Below, piece after piece: positions 39,169-50,156 of a stretch of DNA of 64,000 nucleotides. Source of the stretch: Andalucia godoyi And28 (Eukaryota; Protista; Jakobida); contig VRVR01000036.1 in assembly GCA_009859145.1 (NCBI GenBank), forward strand, positions 136,604 through 200,603, in the 5' to 3' direction. Numbering within the stretch: position 1 is the first letter of the stretch; every line of letters begins with the position of its first letter. Under the pieces are notes generated by a model. The model did no database searches. It saw only the letters and a program-made list of their open reading frames with translations, and was not told where the DNA came from. The position numbers were made by a program, and so were the translations under genes.

Positions 39169-39500
39169 CCTCTCGTCACAACTTGCTGAGCAAGTTGATG
39201 ATCATCAAACCACGGAGATGTGGTCGATTGCGCGTTCGGAATGCGCTTTCAAGTCAGAGAACAAGAAAGAGTAAAGGCAAAAGCGTCGTCAAGCGCAGCC
39301 TCGTTCGCCGACCACATTCTGCATACGTATCTCGATCTCTCCCTAACGGCCTGTGTCAACAGCACCAAATATTTGACTTCATGTCGGGTTTGTCTATTTA
39401 AAATTTAACAATGACATATAATAAAAACCAGCACAAATCACGCATTGCAATTCTCTCTATTTTGTTTGGTAAATTACAACACGTGACAGTTTCAAAAGTC

Positions 39501-42080
39501 TCAGGACTTCTTCTTTCCTGACTTGCTTGCTGTCTTCTTGTCCAACTGTGCAAGGACAGCATCGACGACGCCGTCCATGTCGGTGTCGTCGATCTGCAAG
39601 TCACTTGCAAAGACTTGCCGCAGAATCTCTGAAACCTTTCGCTTCTTTTTCGCAGTCCACTGAAGTCTTCTGCCAGTCATGACCGGGTTTCGGTTCGCCG
39701 GGTTCGCCACTGCGTTTCGCGGATTCATAGACGTTGCTCTCATTGTGCGACTGTATGGATCTCGCTGCGACTGGTCGGAGATCTGCAACACATCGGCTTC
39801 GTCAAGGTTTCTTTGGACATCGACCACTCCGAGTGCATTGACGCGGAGCTCAATTTCAGATCGAGAATCTGCGGCTCCCGAGTCCCAGTAGCTGGAGAAG
39901 GATTCCATGATGAACGCCATGATGATGTTCAAAAGAATGATTACTGCAACAATGTAGAATATGATAAAATACAAGCGGGCCCACTTGGACGTTACCGTCA
40001 CATAGCCAGACGTGACTGTATCCCAGTTGTTGAGCACTTGCAAGATGAACAGCGTTCCCATTGCGTCCTGGAAATTGTTCATTGAAATGGGATAGTAGTC
40101 AGACTGGCCAAAGGGATCGGCCTGAAGAGCAACATTGTTCTTATCGATGAGACCAGCAAAGGCCTGCATTCCAACCATTGCAAACACGTAAAAGCAAGAA
40201 AACTGAATTGCACCGTAGGAAATGAGCGCCGGATACACCTGGAAAAGGGTATTCAGGATCTTTGCATAGTCATCAAAGATACTGATGACTCGAATGCACC
40301 GGCATGATCGCATCAGCACAAGGATACGCAGACTCAGATCGTCACCAGCATTCACATTCTTCAAGACGATGACGATCAGCGAGATGAAGATCAGAATCGC
40401 ATCGAACTTGTTCCAAGACGATGCCCAGAATTTCTTGAATCCATAGCCATAAATGCGCAGAGACACCTCGAGCAAGGTCAAGGAAAACACAATCGCGAAC
40501 CAAATGTCAAAGATCTCATTGTGCGAGGCCGCATCCTTGGATGACCCGTTGATAAGTAGATTGTAATACACAACCACAAACCCAATGTTCAAAACTATCA
40601 GTGCGTCCCAAAAATACTCAAAATAAACGTGTCGCACAGCTTTGATGAGCGCCTGAGAAGGTCGTGAGAAGTAGATGAACGGAATAAGGAAGACAAAGCA
40701 CGGCTCCACGCTTTGCTTCGGACGGATGAACACATTGAGCGCATCGACAATAAGCGAAAACCGCGCAAAATTCAATCGCCCTTCTCCGTCCACATCCATT
40801 GCCCTAAAAATGATATCGGTCTTTGATGCTTCGTATCGACCGCGGAGCACATACATCAATTCGAGAAATCGCTCTTCCGTAATGCCGTTCTTGTCCTCGA
40901 CAAACGTACGACTGGAATCAGTATTTGAAGCAGCACCACGATCCATGTTCTTTAGCTCGGTAGGCAGCGGTGGCGGCGACAGCTGCTCTGTTTGTCCGTG
41001 TCCGTGTCCGTGTCCGTGTCCGTGTCCTCGTCCTCTCCATCGCCCTGCTTCATCCCCGCCACCTCCACCACCATCATCCCCCTCATCTCCAGAATCCGAG
41101 TTTTCGCCGTCCGATTCCACGTCTTGAATATCCGTCTCTCCAAACATGATTTGCGAACCGCTTCCCAAGATATCGGATTCTTGTTCGTTCTCCGCATCGA
41201 GAGACGTCAGCACCCGGTATGCCAGCATGAGCGCAGTCCTCTGCCGCTTGACCTGCGACTTCACTTCGATCGACAGAAAGTTTCGATAACTGTCATACGC
41301 GGTACCGAGCAACAGAGTCATCAGAAAATACATGTTGATTATCAGGTAAGAAAAAAAGATCAACCCATAGAGCCTGTCCTCCTGGTACGCAGGGATCATG
41401 ACTGTTGGAAAGTTGGAGTTTGTTAAACAGACAAGCATGGAGAACAAGCCGTCGAGAAAGCTCTCGAAGTTTTGATCTCCCTCCTCCGTACCAAAGAACA
41501 GGACGGTACAGAAAATCGTGTAGAGAATCAACACAAAGAACACAAGTCCCAATAGCTTCAAGATTGCAGGAAGCGTCCGTCGAATGTCCCGGACACAAGC
41601 CCGAAGCGTGTCGAAGTGAAAGATCAGATAGTACGGTCGGAACCACCGCGTGATGCGGACCGGCACACCACTCCAAAACATAAGGACGTCCAAGAAATTC
41701 AAGCTCAACAATGCAAGATACACCTGGTTCCATCGATCCGTCTTGAAAATAAACTCGTACCGAGAATTAGTCAAATGCAAAAGAACCAAATCAACAGAGT
41801 ATATGCTTAAAAATAGCGTCTCTAATGCCAGCGGCAGGTGCTTTGATACTGCCACAGTCGCGGGAGGCTCAATGTATGCGAGCAACAGGTGCAGAATGGT
41901 AGCCAGTCGAAAGAGAAATTGAACCCACTTGAATCGGTAAATATTGTAAATCTTCAAGCTTGCATAGTCAGTGTTGTGCCGAAAGTCTCTCACGTTTCGC
42001 GCATCTTCCACGAACGTCGCCGCCTGCAAAATACGAAGTTTGTGCAAATCCGACAGATTCGACAATAGAGATTCCCTCAT
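39501..42080 (-). CDS. TPCN: Two-pore channel
   Basis: Two 6-TM Shaker-like halves; filters LTNSNFP and QVLNNWD; N-terminal LQAATFVEDA; EF-hand-like linker. Confidence 0.92.
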   Translation of the reverse strand: MRESLLSNLSDLHKLRILQAATFVEDARNVRDFRHNTDYASLKIYNIYRFKWVQFLFRLATILHLLLAYIEPPATVAVSKHLPLALETLFLSIYSVDLVLLHLTNSRYEFIFKTDRWNQVYLALLSLNFLDVLMFWSGVPVRITRWFRPYYLIFHFDTLRACVRDIRRTLPAILKLLGLVFFVLILYTIFCTVLFFGTEEGDQNFESFLDGLFSMLVCLTNSNFPTVMIPAYQEDRLYGLIFFSYLIINMYFLMTLLLGTAYDSYRNFLSIEVKSQVKRQRTALMLAYRVLTSLDAENEQESDILGSGSQIMFGETDIQDVESDGENSDSGDEGDDGGGGGGDEAGRWRGRGHGHGHGHGHGQTEQLSPPPLPTELKNMDRGAASNTDSSRTFVEDKNGITEERFLELMYVLRGRYEASKTDIIFRAMDVDGEGRLNFARFSLIVDALNVFIRPKQSVEPCFVFLIPFIYFSRPSQALIKAVRHVYFEYFWDALIVLNIGFVVVYYNLLINGSSKDAASHNEIFDIWFAIVFSLTLLEVSLRIYGYGFKKFWASSWNKFDAILIFISLIVIVLKNVNAGDDLSLRILVLMRSCRCIRVISIFDDYAKILNTLFQVYPALISYGAIQFSCFYVFAMVGMQAFAGLIDKNNVALQADPFGQSDYYPISMNNFQDAMGTLFILQVLNNWDTVTSGYVTVTSKWARLYFIIFYIVAVIILLNIIMAFIMESFSSYWDSGAADSRSEIELRVNALGVVDVQRNLDEADVLQISDQSQRDPYSRTMRATSMNPRNAVANPANRNPVMTGRRLQWTAKKKRKVSEILRQVFASDLQIDDTDMDGVVDAVLAQLDKKTASKSGKKKS

Positions 42081-42535
42081 TCCAAGAAAAGCATCATTCG
42101 CTCTCCGCACTCAGAATCTTCTCCCCGCGCCCACGGATAACAACCCCTTGGAGAGTGCACTGAAAAAAATTTAATAAAAATATCAATTACCTAAGCAAAT
42201 GAATAATATGTCGAGTTCGTGATTCAGCACGTTTTTGACGAAAAAGGACTTTCAGCATTCGAAAAACAAACGTAAGGAAAGAGGAGAGAGAGAGAGGGGG
42301 GAGGGGGGGGCGGGGGGACTGTTGTACACGCTGACATACTGACACGCCGCTGACATTTCTGTACTGCTTGTCCTCCGACAATTGTCCGATGTGTTGTCTG
42401 GCGTACTGTACGAGCGTTGCGGAATTTACCTTTATGGTGCAACGTGCACCTGAAGTGGAGGAGGAAGAAGAAGAAGAAGAAAAGAGAGAGAGAGAGAGAG
42501 AGAAACAAAGGAAAGGCAGCAGCAATGTGTGACTT

Positions 42536-43972
42536 TCAGTTCACGCCTCTCCAGTAGAATGTGGAGTCTGGGAATTCGGCAGCGCGACGCAAGAATAGGA
42601 CATAGCGGGTTAGCCCAGAGGTTCTCTCGTAGTCAATTCCGTGGCCCACAAAGACACTTGCTCGGACGGACACCATGAGCTGGATGAACATTTCATCCTG
42701 CGCATGCTTCCATCGTTCGGCAACGGGTGTGCTCTGAAACCACGCACATGAATTGCAGTCTCGATCAATCAAGAATTGCACTGTATTGCAGGGAAGAGCG
42801 GAGTCTAGGTACACCAGCTCTCTTGGATTTCCAGAATTTGTCATTAAAAACACTTGTTTCAAAGAGTGCTTCCGCAGAATCGGGTCGAGAAACTTGACGA
42901 GCTCTTCCGCCGAGTTTTCGTGATAGCGCAGTAGCCCATCCTTTGGATCATCGGAAGACCGGTCTCCTCTTCTCCAGTGAACCGCAAGAAACGACTGGTC
43001 CTGAAACCTTTCTCGGATGAAGAAATCTGCAGTCTTTCCGAACCGTGCCACAGGCTTAAATTTGCCCAGAATCTTGAAATACTCGGGCCGCACCCACGGA
43101 TTCCAGTTCACAGAATGCTGCACAAAGTCTCCTCTTTCAAACGCGAGGCCAAGGACGCACGCAGCCGATATCTTCTCTCGAATTCCAGATACATCAAACG
43201 AAGCATCGAGCACCACGAATTGATTGCCGTTGAAATCGATGGTCCGGTTCGGTTCCGGAAGTCCCAGCTTCATCGGCCGAAGAGAGAATGCAAAGTCCAC
43301 CACATACCGCTGCTGCTCTGCTGTCGATTTCACCAGCTCCATTCGGTTGCCGTTTGCTTCCATGGTCTGTTCCAACGTCGCAACATCAATGTACTCGCTC
43401 AGCTCCGAATAGTCAAAGTAATCGGACAGCTCCTGAATGCGAAGCCCCAGAGGCGGAACAGCAAACAACGGTACAATGCCCCGCTCCATGTACCATTCAA
43501 TCCCGGACACGTTCTGCGGAAAGATGCGCACCTTCGGCATAATAAGCGCACGACCGCTCCGTTTGGCCAAGTATGCGAGCTCGGTGATGTAGTGCAGCTG
43601 AGCAAAGAACTGCTCACCGCGAAATGGGCCTTCGTCCCACGTGATGTACATGATCGAAGGACTCCGGCATGAATCGGGACTGAATGCCTCCAGCTGCCTC
43701 CGTGTGCTGAACGATGAAAATGTGTTTTCCGCCTCCAAAACAGAGAGAGCGCGATCGGTATGTCCCGCATGCCGCTTCGAGAATGAAAGATCGCACATCT
43801 CAGAATACGAAATCGAAAAGTAGTCCACATAGCGCACTGGGATCATCGGATCGTATTGGACAAGTATATGAACCACAGTCATCATCGCAAACACACTTAG
43901 CGAACACACTACCAATAGGAACACCTGATACGAATTAGTATTCCACGGCACACTATTCTGACTCGGTCTCAT
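42536..43972 (-). CDS. GDP-fucose protein O-fucosyltransferase-like (POFUT2/GT-B) type II membrane enzyme
   Basis: N-terminal TM; FLAVHWRRGD GDP-fucose-binding motif; VFLMTN; ASVFVG..S..T. Confidence 0.8.
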   Translation of the reverse strand: MRPSQNSVPWNTNSYQVFLLVVCSLSVFAMMTVVHILVQYDPMIPVRYVDYFSISYSEMCDLSFSKRHAGHTDRALSVLEAENTFSSFSTRRQLEAFSPDSCRSPSIMYITWDEGPFRGEQFFAQLHYITELAYLAKRSGRALIMPKVRIFPQNVSGIEWYMERGIVPLFAVPPLGLRIQELSDYFDYSELSEYIDVATLEQTMEANGNRMELVKSTAEQQRYVVDFAFSLRPMKLGLPEPNRTIDFNGNQFVVLDASFDVSGIREKISAACVLGLAFERGDFVQHSVNWNPWVRPEYFKILGKFKPVARFGKTADFFIRERFQDQSFLAVHWRRGDRSSDDPKDGLLRYHENSAEELVKFLDPILRKHSLKQVFLMTNSGNPRELVYLDSALPCNTVQFLIDRDCNSCAWFQSTPVAERWKHAQDEMFIQLMVSVRASVFVGHGIDYERTSGLTRYVLFLRRAAEFPDSTFYWRGVN

Positions 43973-44485
43973 TTTCGCACCCGCCTACTCGTCTTCATAC
44001 GTCACAGGAGTTCGGTATCGTCGCAGCACTCGACTAATCACGCACGAAATCAGAGAAGGAATCCCAAATCAGGTAATAAAAATATGGTGGCCGCTCGACG
44101 GAGTTTGTCGGCAAACTGATAAACTGCTAAACAATCAGCCAATCGCACACCCAAACACACAAACCAGTAACCTAAACGGTTTGCGCCCGAGTAAAAATGG
44201 AACTACGGTACTGCACAGAATGGCAATACCGAACCAAACACGTGTTGAGAAAGCCCGGAGGTCGGGATCGGCAAAAAAATCAGCGTGTTCTTTCGCGGAT
44301 TTCCCCTTTTATTCGTTTGATTTGCGTGATGCCCAAGATTGGGGAAAGGTGAAAAAAAATGAATTACAATTTTTTACGGCAGGTGGACCACTGGCCCCAA
44401 GACCGAGGGGAGTCTCTGTTTTCTCGCTCGGATGTCATGCCGAGTAGATGGATGGATGCACAGAGGAAAGAGAGCAAGCGAAAAC

Positions 44486-46245
44486 TTACGATTTCCCATA
44501 CATTCTTGTAAACGACTCCTTCAACTGTCGGTACTGTTGAAGCAGTGTTTGTTTTGGCTTGGAGGGTCCCTCGTCGCGATCAAAGTCGCCTCGTTGTTGC
44601 CTCGTCGAAGCCCTTCCCTTTGCACTCGTATTGAAGGGCGACGAAATCTTCTTGGGGACTTGGTTTTGTTGTTGTCGCAACGCTGATTTCGATCGAAGTT
44701 GCCTCGGAGTCGACAAGTCCGATACGAACCCATCATCATCATCATTATAATTATTGTCGACGACATTGCGAGTGCCGTTGCGAGTGTCATTCATGTTTCG
44801 GATTTCCCGATGAATGCTTCTTTGGTGCGCGACTCTCTTCTGATCCGAGTCTGAAGAAAAAGCTGCAAAGTTGCTTTCTCTCACAGAAGCAAATCGAGAC
44901 CGAGATCGAGAACCCGATGTGGAAGGCAACGGAGACAGTGAAGACGACGACGACGATGATGAGAACGACGCCGACGGAAGATTGGATGATCGGCTATGTT
45001 GACAAGCCGCAGACACAGACGCAGCCGGAGCCCCAGCTGCGTTTGCCGTTGCGGGTCTTTTAGAACAGGGTGCGTCTGCCTTGCTCTGATTCCTCGATTC
45101 CACATGTACAGCCTTCGTTTGTTCCGATGCAGAAGACGGTCTTTTCTTTTCGACTGGTTTCCTCGATGATGCCGATGCCGATGCCGCTACCGCAGGTGTC
45201 GCAGATGATGACGGCAATGCCAGAGAAGAAGACGATGGATTCTGTTGTCGCTTGAGCAGATACAGTCTCATCATTTCAGCAATCTGAAGAATCTCCTGCT
45301 GCTGCTTTTCAATGCTTCGCATGCGTTCCGAGACTTGCAAATGCTTTTGCTCGTGTGTTTCGACCCGCCTCTCCATGGACACAAGCTGCGATCGAAGCCG
45401 ATCAGAAACAGATTCCTGGTTCACCATCCTAGAAAGCAGCGCATCTGTTAAATTCTGCTGCTGCTTCAGCGCATCGGACGAGAGCAGCTTTGACGACATC
45501 TGCTTGCTCTTACCCTCTTGCTGCTTCTTCAAGGTTTTCAGCTCGCGCTCGATTTCACGCTGCGAAACAAACCGCGCCTTTGTCTCTGATTTGATTCCTT
45601 TAATCTCATCCTGCAGCTTCACAATCAGCGGATCTTTGCTCGAGAGTCGTCCAGAAGAAGCAGGTGGTGAAAACGGCTTGCTTAGATGCAGCTGCGGGTG
45701 CCCATGCAGTTTGGACATGTGGGCAGTCGAAGCCATAGATGGACTTGTGCGTCGGTGATTCATCCTCATCTTCGTCTTATTCTTGTGCTCGTGCTCGTGC
45801 TCGATCTTTTTCAGAGTCGAGTGATCCGAGAAAGACGCAGAAGAGACCGACGCAGCAGAGCACGTGGATAATGTAGGCGAAGTCGACGGTCTCTTCCTGG
45901 CCGATTTCCGCTTCTGAGCCGACGATGATGACGAATATGGAAGCGATTCTGACAGTAATAATACGGGGTCTTGCATAGCCAAGTTCTCAAGATAGCTGTC
46001 CGTCGACTCGTAGCCCTCATCTGCCGACAATACATTTCTGCCCACCAAACCACATTAATTAAAACAAATTCCATAAATTTCAGAAGCATAAATTGGAAAA
46101 AAAAATGCATTATGAACCCCCATCACCAACAAAAAATAAAAAAAAAGAAAAAAAAAAGAGAGAAATGTTCATACTCTTGATAGTGAGATTTGGAGTCCAT
46201 CACTTTCTTTCGGAGTTCCTTGAGCGATGTGCGTTGCGAGGTCAT
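44486..46245 (-). CDS. Ser-rich coiled-coil protein of unknown function; exons 46245-46175 and 46037-44486
   Basis: GTATGA..GGCAG intron joins MTSQRTSLKELRKKVMDSKSHYQE in frame to NVLSADEG; central heptad region. Confidence 0.7.
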
Positions 46246-47241
46246 CGGCTAGAGACTAAGAAACAAGAACATCCAACGCCTTGAATTTTCACAAAATGCG
46301 CTGTCCTTCTCCAATGTATGAATCGAATACAAACTCGGAAGCAGAAAAAGTCAGAAGCAAAAACAACGACAAAACAGAGCGGAAAGGAGAGCAGTTGGAC
46401 TACAGTTGCTCCCCCGCATGAACTACGGTAAGCGGAAGGCTTTTTTAAGCAAATTTATTTTATACAGAGCAAGCAGCAGACAGCAAGCCGGAAGGGGTCT
46501 CTGGTCCAAGCGGCGACTGGTGGGGTGATGGTTCGTGGCAGTGGAGGGAGGGAAGGGAAGGGAAGGGAAGGGAAGGGATTGGAGGGCGGAAAGCAGACGC
46601 ACGGGATAGCCACGAAGGAGTCGGAAAGAAAACGTGTGGTGGAGCTGAGGGTGCGACGACAAAGTGGAAGCCGTCGATGGATGCTCGTTTCGATGCAAGC
46701 AGGGAATTCTGGAGGGCGGGCCTTTTCGAAAACATATGGAGGCGGCAGGTATGACATAAAGAGGCTGTTGCGCAACTTGTCTTTCAACGTGTATCCGAGA
46801 CGTCGGGGGAAATGTCACTGGCATCGAAGCTGAATCTCGGAGCCCTCCAAATCCGGTTTGTATCGTCCTAGCGCATTTCGACAATTTCAACATCCGCTGT
46901 GACATCCAAGAAAGTTCGAAATGCGCAAGCTGATCGCTACAGAGCATCCGAATTGTCCAAGAAGGAAATATAGGCATTGCAACATTTCTGTGAACTTTCC
47001 CTGCGGCAACCATGATCCACCCGCACTTGCATTCCGCAACGTTTTGTCTCACCAGCAAAGGCTATTATTGTCTGCAGCTCTGTCGCTTTTGTGCGTGCTT
47101 CTCTTTTTTTTTTTACATTGTAATTTTTGTTTGTTAAACATGCCTTTCTATCAACAGTTTCGAACGGGTCTCATTGTTTCAGTGAGTTTAGTTATCTGTT
47201 GAAGGAAGGGGAGCGAAAGAAGATATCCATAACGAGGGAAA

Positions 47242-48057
47242 ATGTTCGACGTCATTGTGAATCCACGGTTTTGTGCAGATGGTCCGAGTGCAAAAGTCGA
47301 CATTCGATCCGGCCGAACGTCGTTTCATGCCTGGACCGACAGCTCCGATCCTGTCATGTTCCGAACGGCAGTGTACACCGTACGAGCCGAAGTGGCCGTG
47401 CAGGTGAATCAGCAGTCTGAAACGAGTTTGTTCACGCACACCAGTGTTTCGAGTATGAAGATTTCTCTGAAACTCACAGTCGTCAGCGCGGACACTGGGT
47501 TCCCCGTACCCAATGCGATCGAGTCTCGCAGTTGCCGCACCGCAGCGATCGCGGAATCATTCTTTGAACCCTCAGTCTTTCCGCTTGGTCCGCTGATTGG
47601 AGAAACGGCCCCGTTTTCGTTCGGAAAGCTGTACTCTCATCTTTCCCGAAGATTCCCACATCAGCGGTTTCGACTCTGCATCAGCGCGTTCAGCGAAGTT
47701 CCATTACCAGGCCACCTTTCTCCTCCACCGCCTAGTTCTTCCGACACAACATTCTCTCTCAGGACTGGCCGATGCTTCCAAAACACGCATCTGTTCAGCA
47801 TTGTGTCACCACCTTTTCTGGTCAAGTCGAAGAAAATCGTCTCTGCTCATGTACCGCGTTCTCTGTTCGCACAGCATGTGCTCCACGCGCACCTCGAGCC
47901 GGTCTACGTAGACTGTGCAGACAGCAGCAGTGAAACATCCGGTGGCAGCTGCGAGGAATGGGCGCTACCAGAGATGGACTATAGGCTATCGGAGGAGTTC
48001 TTGACTGCATTCTGGATGCAAGATTGCTTTCTTCAGTCCATAAATCTCTGTGTATAG
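47242..48057 (+). CDS. Uncharacterised protein, tandem paralog 1 (candidate Ig-fold DNA-binding domain)
   Basis: Shares AKVDIRSGRTSF..W, FRTAVYT, GETAPFSFGKLYSHLSRR.PHQRFRLCISAF and SP.F.VKSKK with 48952-49935. Confidence 0.8.
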   Translation: MFDVIVNPRFCADGPSAKVDIRSGRTSFHAWTDSSDPVMFRTAVYTVRAEVAVQVNQQSETSLFTHTSVSSMKISLKLTVVSADTGFPVPNAIESRSCRTAAIAESFFEPSVFPLGPLIGETAPFSFGKLYSHLSRRFPHQRFRLCISAFSEVPLPGHLSPPPPSSSDTTFSLRTGRCFQNTHLFSIVSPPFLVKSKKIVSAHVPRSLFAQHVLHAHLEPVYVDCADSSSETSGGSCEEWALPEMDYRLSEEFLTAFWMQDCFLQSINLCV

Positions 48058-48951
48058 CTCTCCCAAGCATAGCAAATAAAAAATCGTCATGAATTTTTTT
48101 CTCTTCTTCTTCTTTTTCTTCAAAAGAAAAACACACCCAGAACATAGCAAAGGGGAACGTGATTCCCCGTCAATTTTTTGTGCAATGTCTCAACTCGCTG
48201 CTTTTGCACGTTGCGTGGTCATCATGACAACGTTCCAGACTCGCTACCCGGGGTCTGCTCGCCTCTCATGGAGCGACATGTGAGCAGCGCCGGAGGGCAA
48301 ACATGCGGTCATTACTTGATGATTGTCCTAATGGATCTAAATGGGGATTATAAATATAGCAGTGTGTTCCGTCAACTTCCGAGCCACGCCTTTCCCCACC
48401 AGCCTTCAACGCCGGCAGACCGATCTATTATTGAGCACTGCTCTTCCCCTAAACTCGCCGAAATGGCATAATGATTCCGCCGATTTGCCTGCATGCAGAT
48501 GCATTTCAGTTTCTAGTAGTACCTCCGCATTCATTTGAACCCACCGTTGCCTGTTTAAGATTTTCCCGTCGCTTTCACGAAAGACTTCTGGTTCCACTGT
48601 CGACGCACGACCGATGGCTCGGCGAGTAACAGAATGCACTACATCTCCGGCCGTTTCACGGACACGTCGTTGTTTGCAGCTTGCAAAAGCCCGGTAGCGT
48701 GTGGAACGGATACCGGTTCATTGTGCAGAATACCGTTTTCCTGCCGAAGAAAGTTATGGTGCAAGCTGGCGCACCCTCTTGCACTGGAGGTGGGAAAAAA
48801 GCCTATTTTTATCTGTAGATGTCCTGGTTGGTTGGTACGACTTCTAATGTGTTGTTCGCTTTCATGCATAGCATTCTTATCCGCCGTTCGAAAAACAACA
48901 TTTCTGTTCCCTGCTTTCCCAGAGCAAAAGGGTGGATTTGTTTGGACGGTA

Positions 48952-49935
48952 ATGTTTGAAGTCATTGAAAACACAGAGCTGTTTTCCGGAAGCTTGCGGT
49001 TGGCTGCAAAGGTGGACATTCGTTCCGGCCGAACATCATTTCGTGAATGGACGAGTAAAACCAATACAGACCGTGTGCTGTTCCGGACTGCTGTTTACAC
49101 ACTTCGTGCACAAATATCCGTGCAGCAGAACGGCTGCCAGACGGCTCCACATGCCGATCGACCATTTGGGTTGCTGATGTGTGCCATGAACATGCGTGTG
49201 CGTCTGAAGGTCGACGTAATTGACAGCGATACCGGTTGCATAGTCCCCAGTGCTATCGAACACCGCGGCGGTCGCACAGCTCAGATAGAATCCGTCTTCC
49301 AGCCCTCATCCTTTCCTTTTGGCCCCATGGTCGGAGAAACGGCCCCGTTTTCGTTCGGAAAGCTGTACTCTCATCTTTCTCGAAGATCCCCGCATCAGCG
49401 GTTTCGACTTTGCATCAGCGCGTTCTGCGAAGTTCCTTCGTGCTATGTGGATGTGCATACTCTGCATCATCAGGAGCCAAGCTTTCGCTTCGCCGCGGAT
49501 TCGCCGACGTCTTCCGACGCAAAGGGCTCATCTCTCGGTGGCTGTTACCAGGATGTGCATTTATTCAGTGCACTCTCTCCTCAGTTTGCGGTGAAATCGA
49601 AGAAGCCAGTTCGTGTCTTCTCCTTTCCACCGAGTGCCGCTCTCGATAGTGGGCTAGAGCATTCTTGTAGATCGATCGGCACACTTAGAGCGTACTCGAG
49701 CCCCCTGTCGAACTGTCATTCCCTCGAAGAACTGATCGCTTCCCCTGCTGCTGCGCCGATTTCCGCATGCAGCGAAACGGCGATCGAGACTTGCAACTTC
49801 AAGCTTTCGGATCAGTTTTTGTCAGAATTTTGGGCAGAGGACTGGGGAAACTGTCAGTCGCTCCTTCGGTTCGTCGATCTTGCCATACTCCCCACCGTTG
49901 GTTCTGCTACTGCAATGTTGGCGAATAACTCGTAA
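48952..49935 (+). CDS. Uncharacterised protein, tandem paralog 2
   Basis: Starts at MFEVI, aligning with MFDVI of paralog 1; same conserved blocks. Confidence 0.8.
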   Translation: MFEVIENTELFSGSLRLAAKVDIRSGRTSFREWTSKTNTDRVLFRTAVYTLRAQISVQQNGCQTAPHADRPFGLLMCAMNMRVRLKVDVIDSDTGCIVPSAIEHRGGRTAQIESVFQPSSFPFGPMVGETAPFSFGKLYSHLSRRSPHQRFRLCISAFCEVPSCYVDVHTLHHQEPSFRFAADSPTSSDAKGSSLGGCYQDVHLFSALSPQFAVKSKKPVRVFSFPPSAALDSGLEHSCRSIGTLRAYSSPLSNCHSLEELIASPAAAPISACSETAIETCNFKLSDQFLSEFWAEDWGNCQSLLRFVDLAILPTVGSATAMLANNS

Positions 49936-50156
49936 AGAGAAAATAAATTTAAGAAAAAGAAAGAGCTTGTTTTTGTTTTTGTATTTGTATTTTTGTTGCT
50001 GCTCGGAAGTACTTCCGGTGGTACTGTACTTTTACTCTTTGGTCTTGCGTTCATTTTGAGCTGTCGCCATTTCTCCTCGCCAGACAGTCGAGCGAGAATT
50101 TTAAAAAATCGGATGAATAAGCAAATTTTGTACAAGTGGGCGCTGACCGGAACGAT

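Noticed and set aside
46423-47058. ORFs across the (GGGAA)n tract upstream of paralog 1
   Set aside because: No motif or compositional support; probably promoter DNA with a possible G-quadruplex only.
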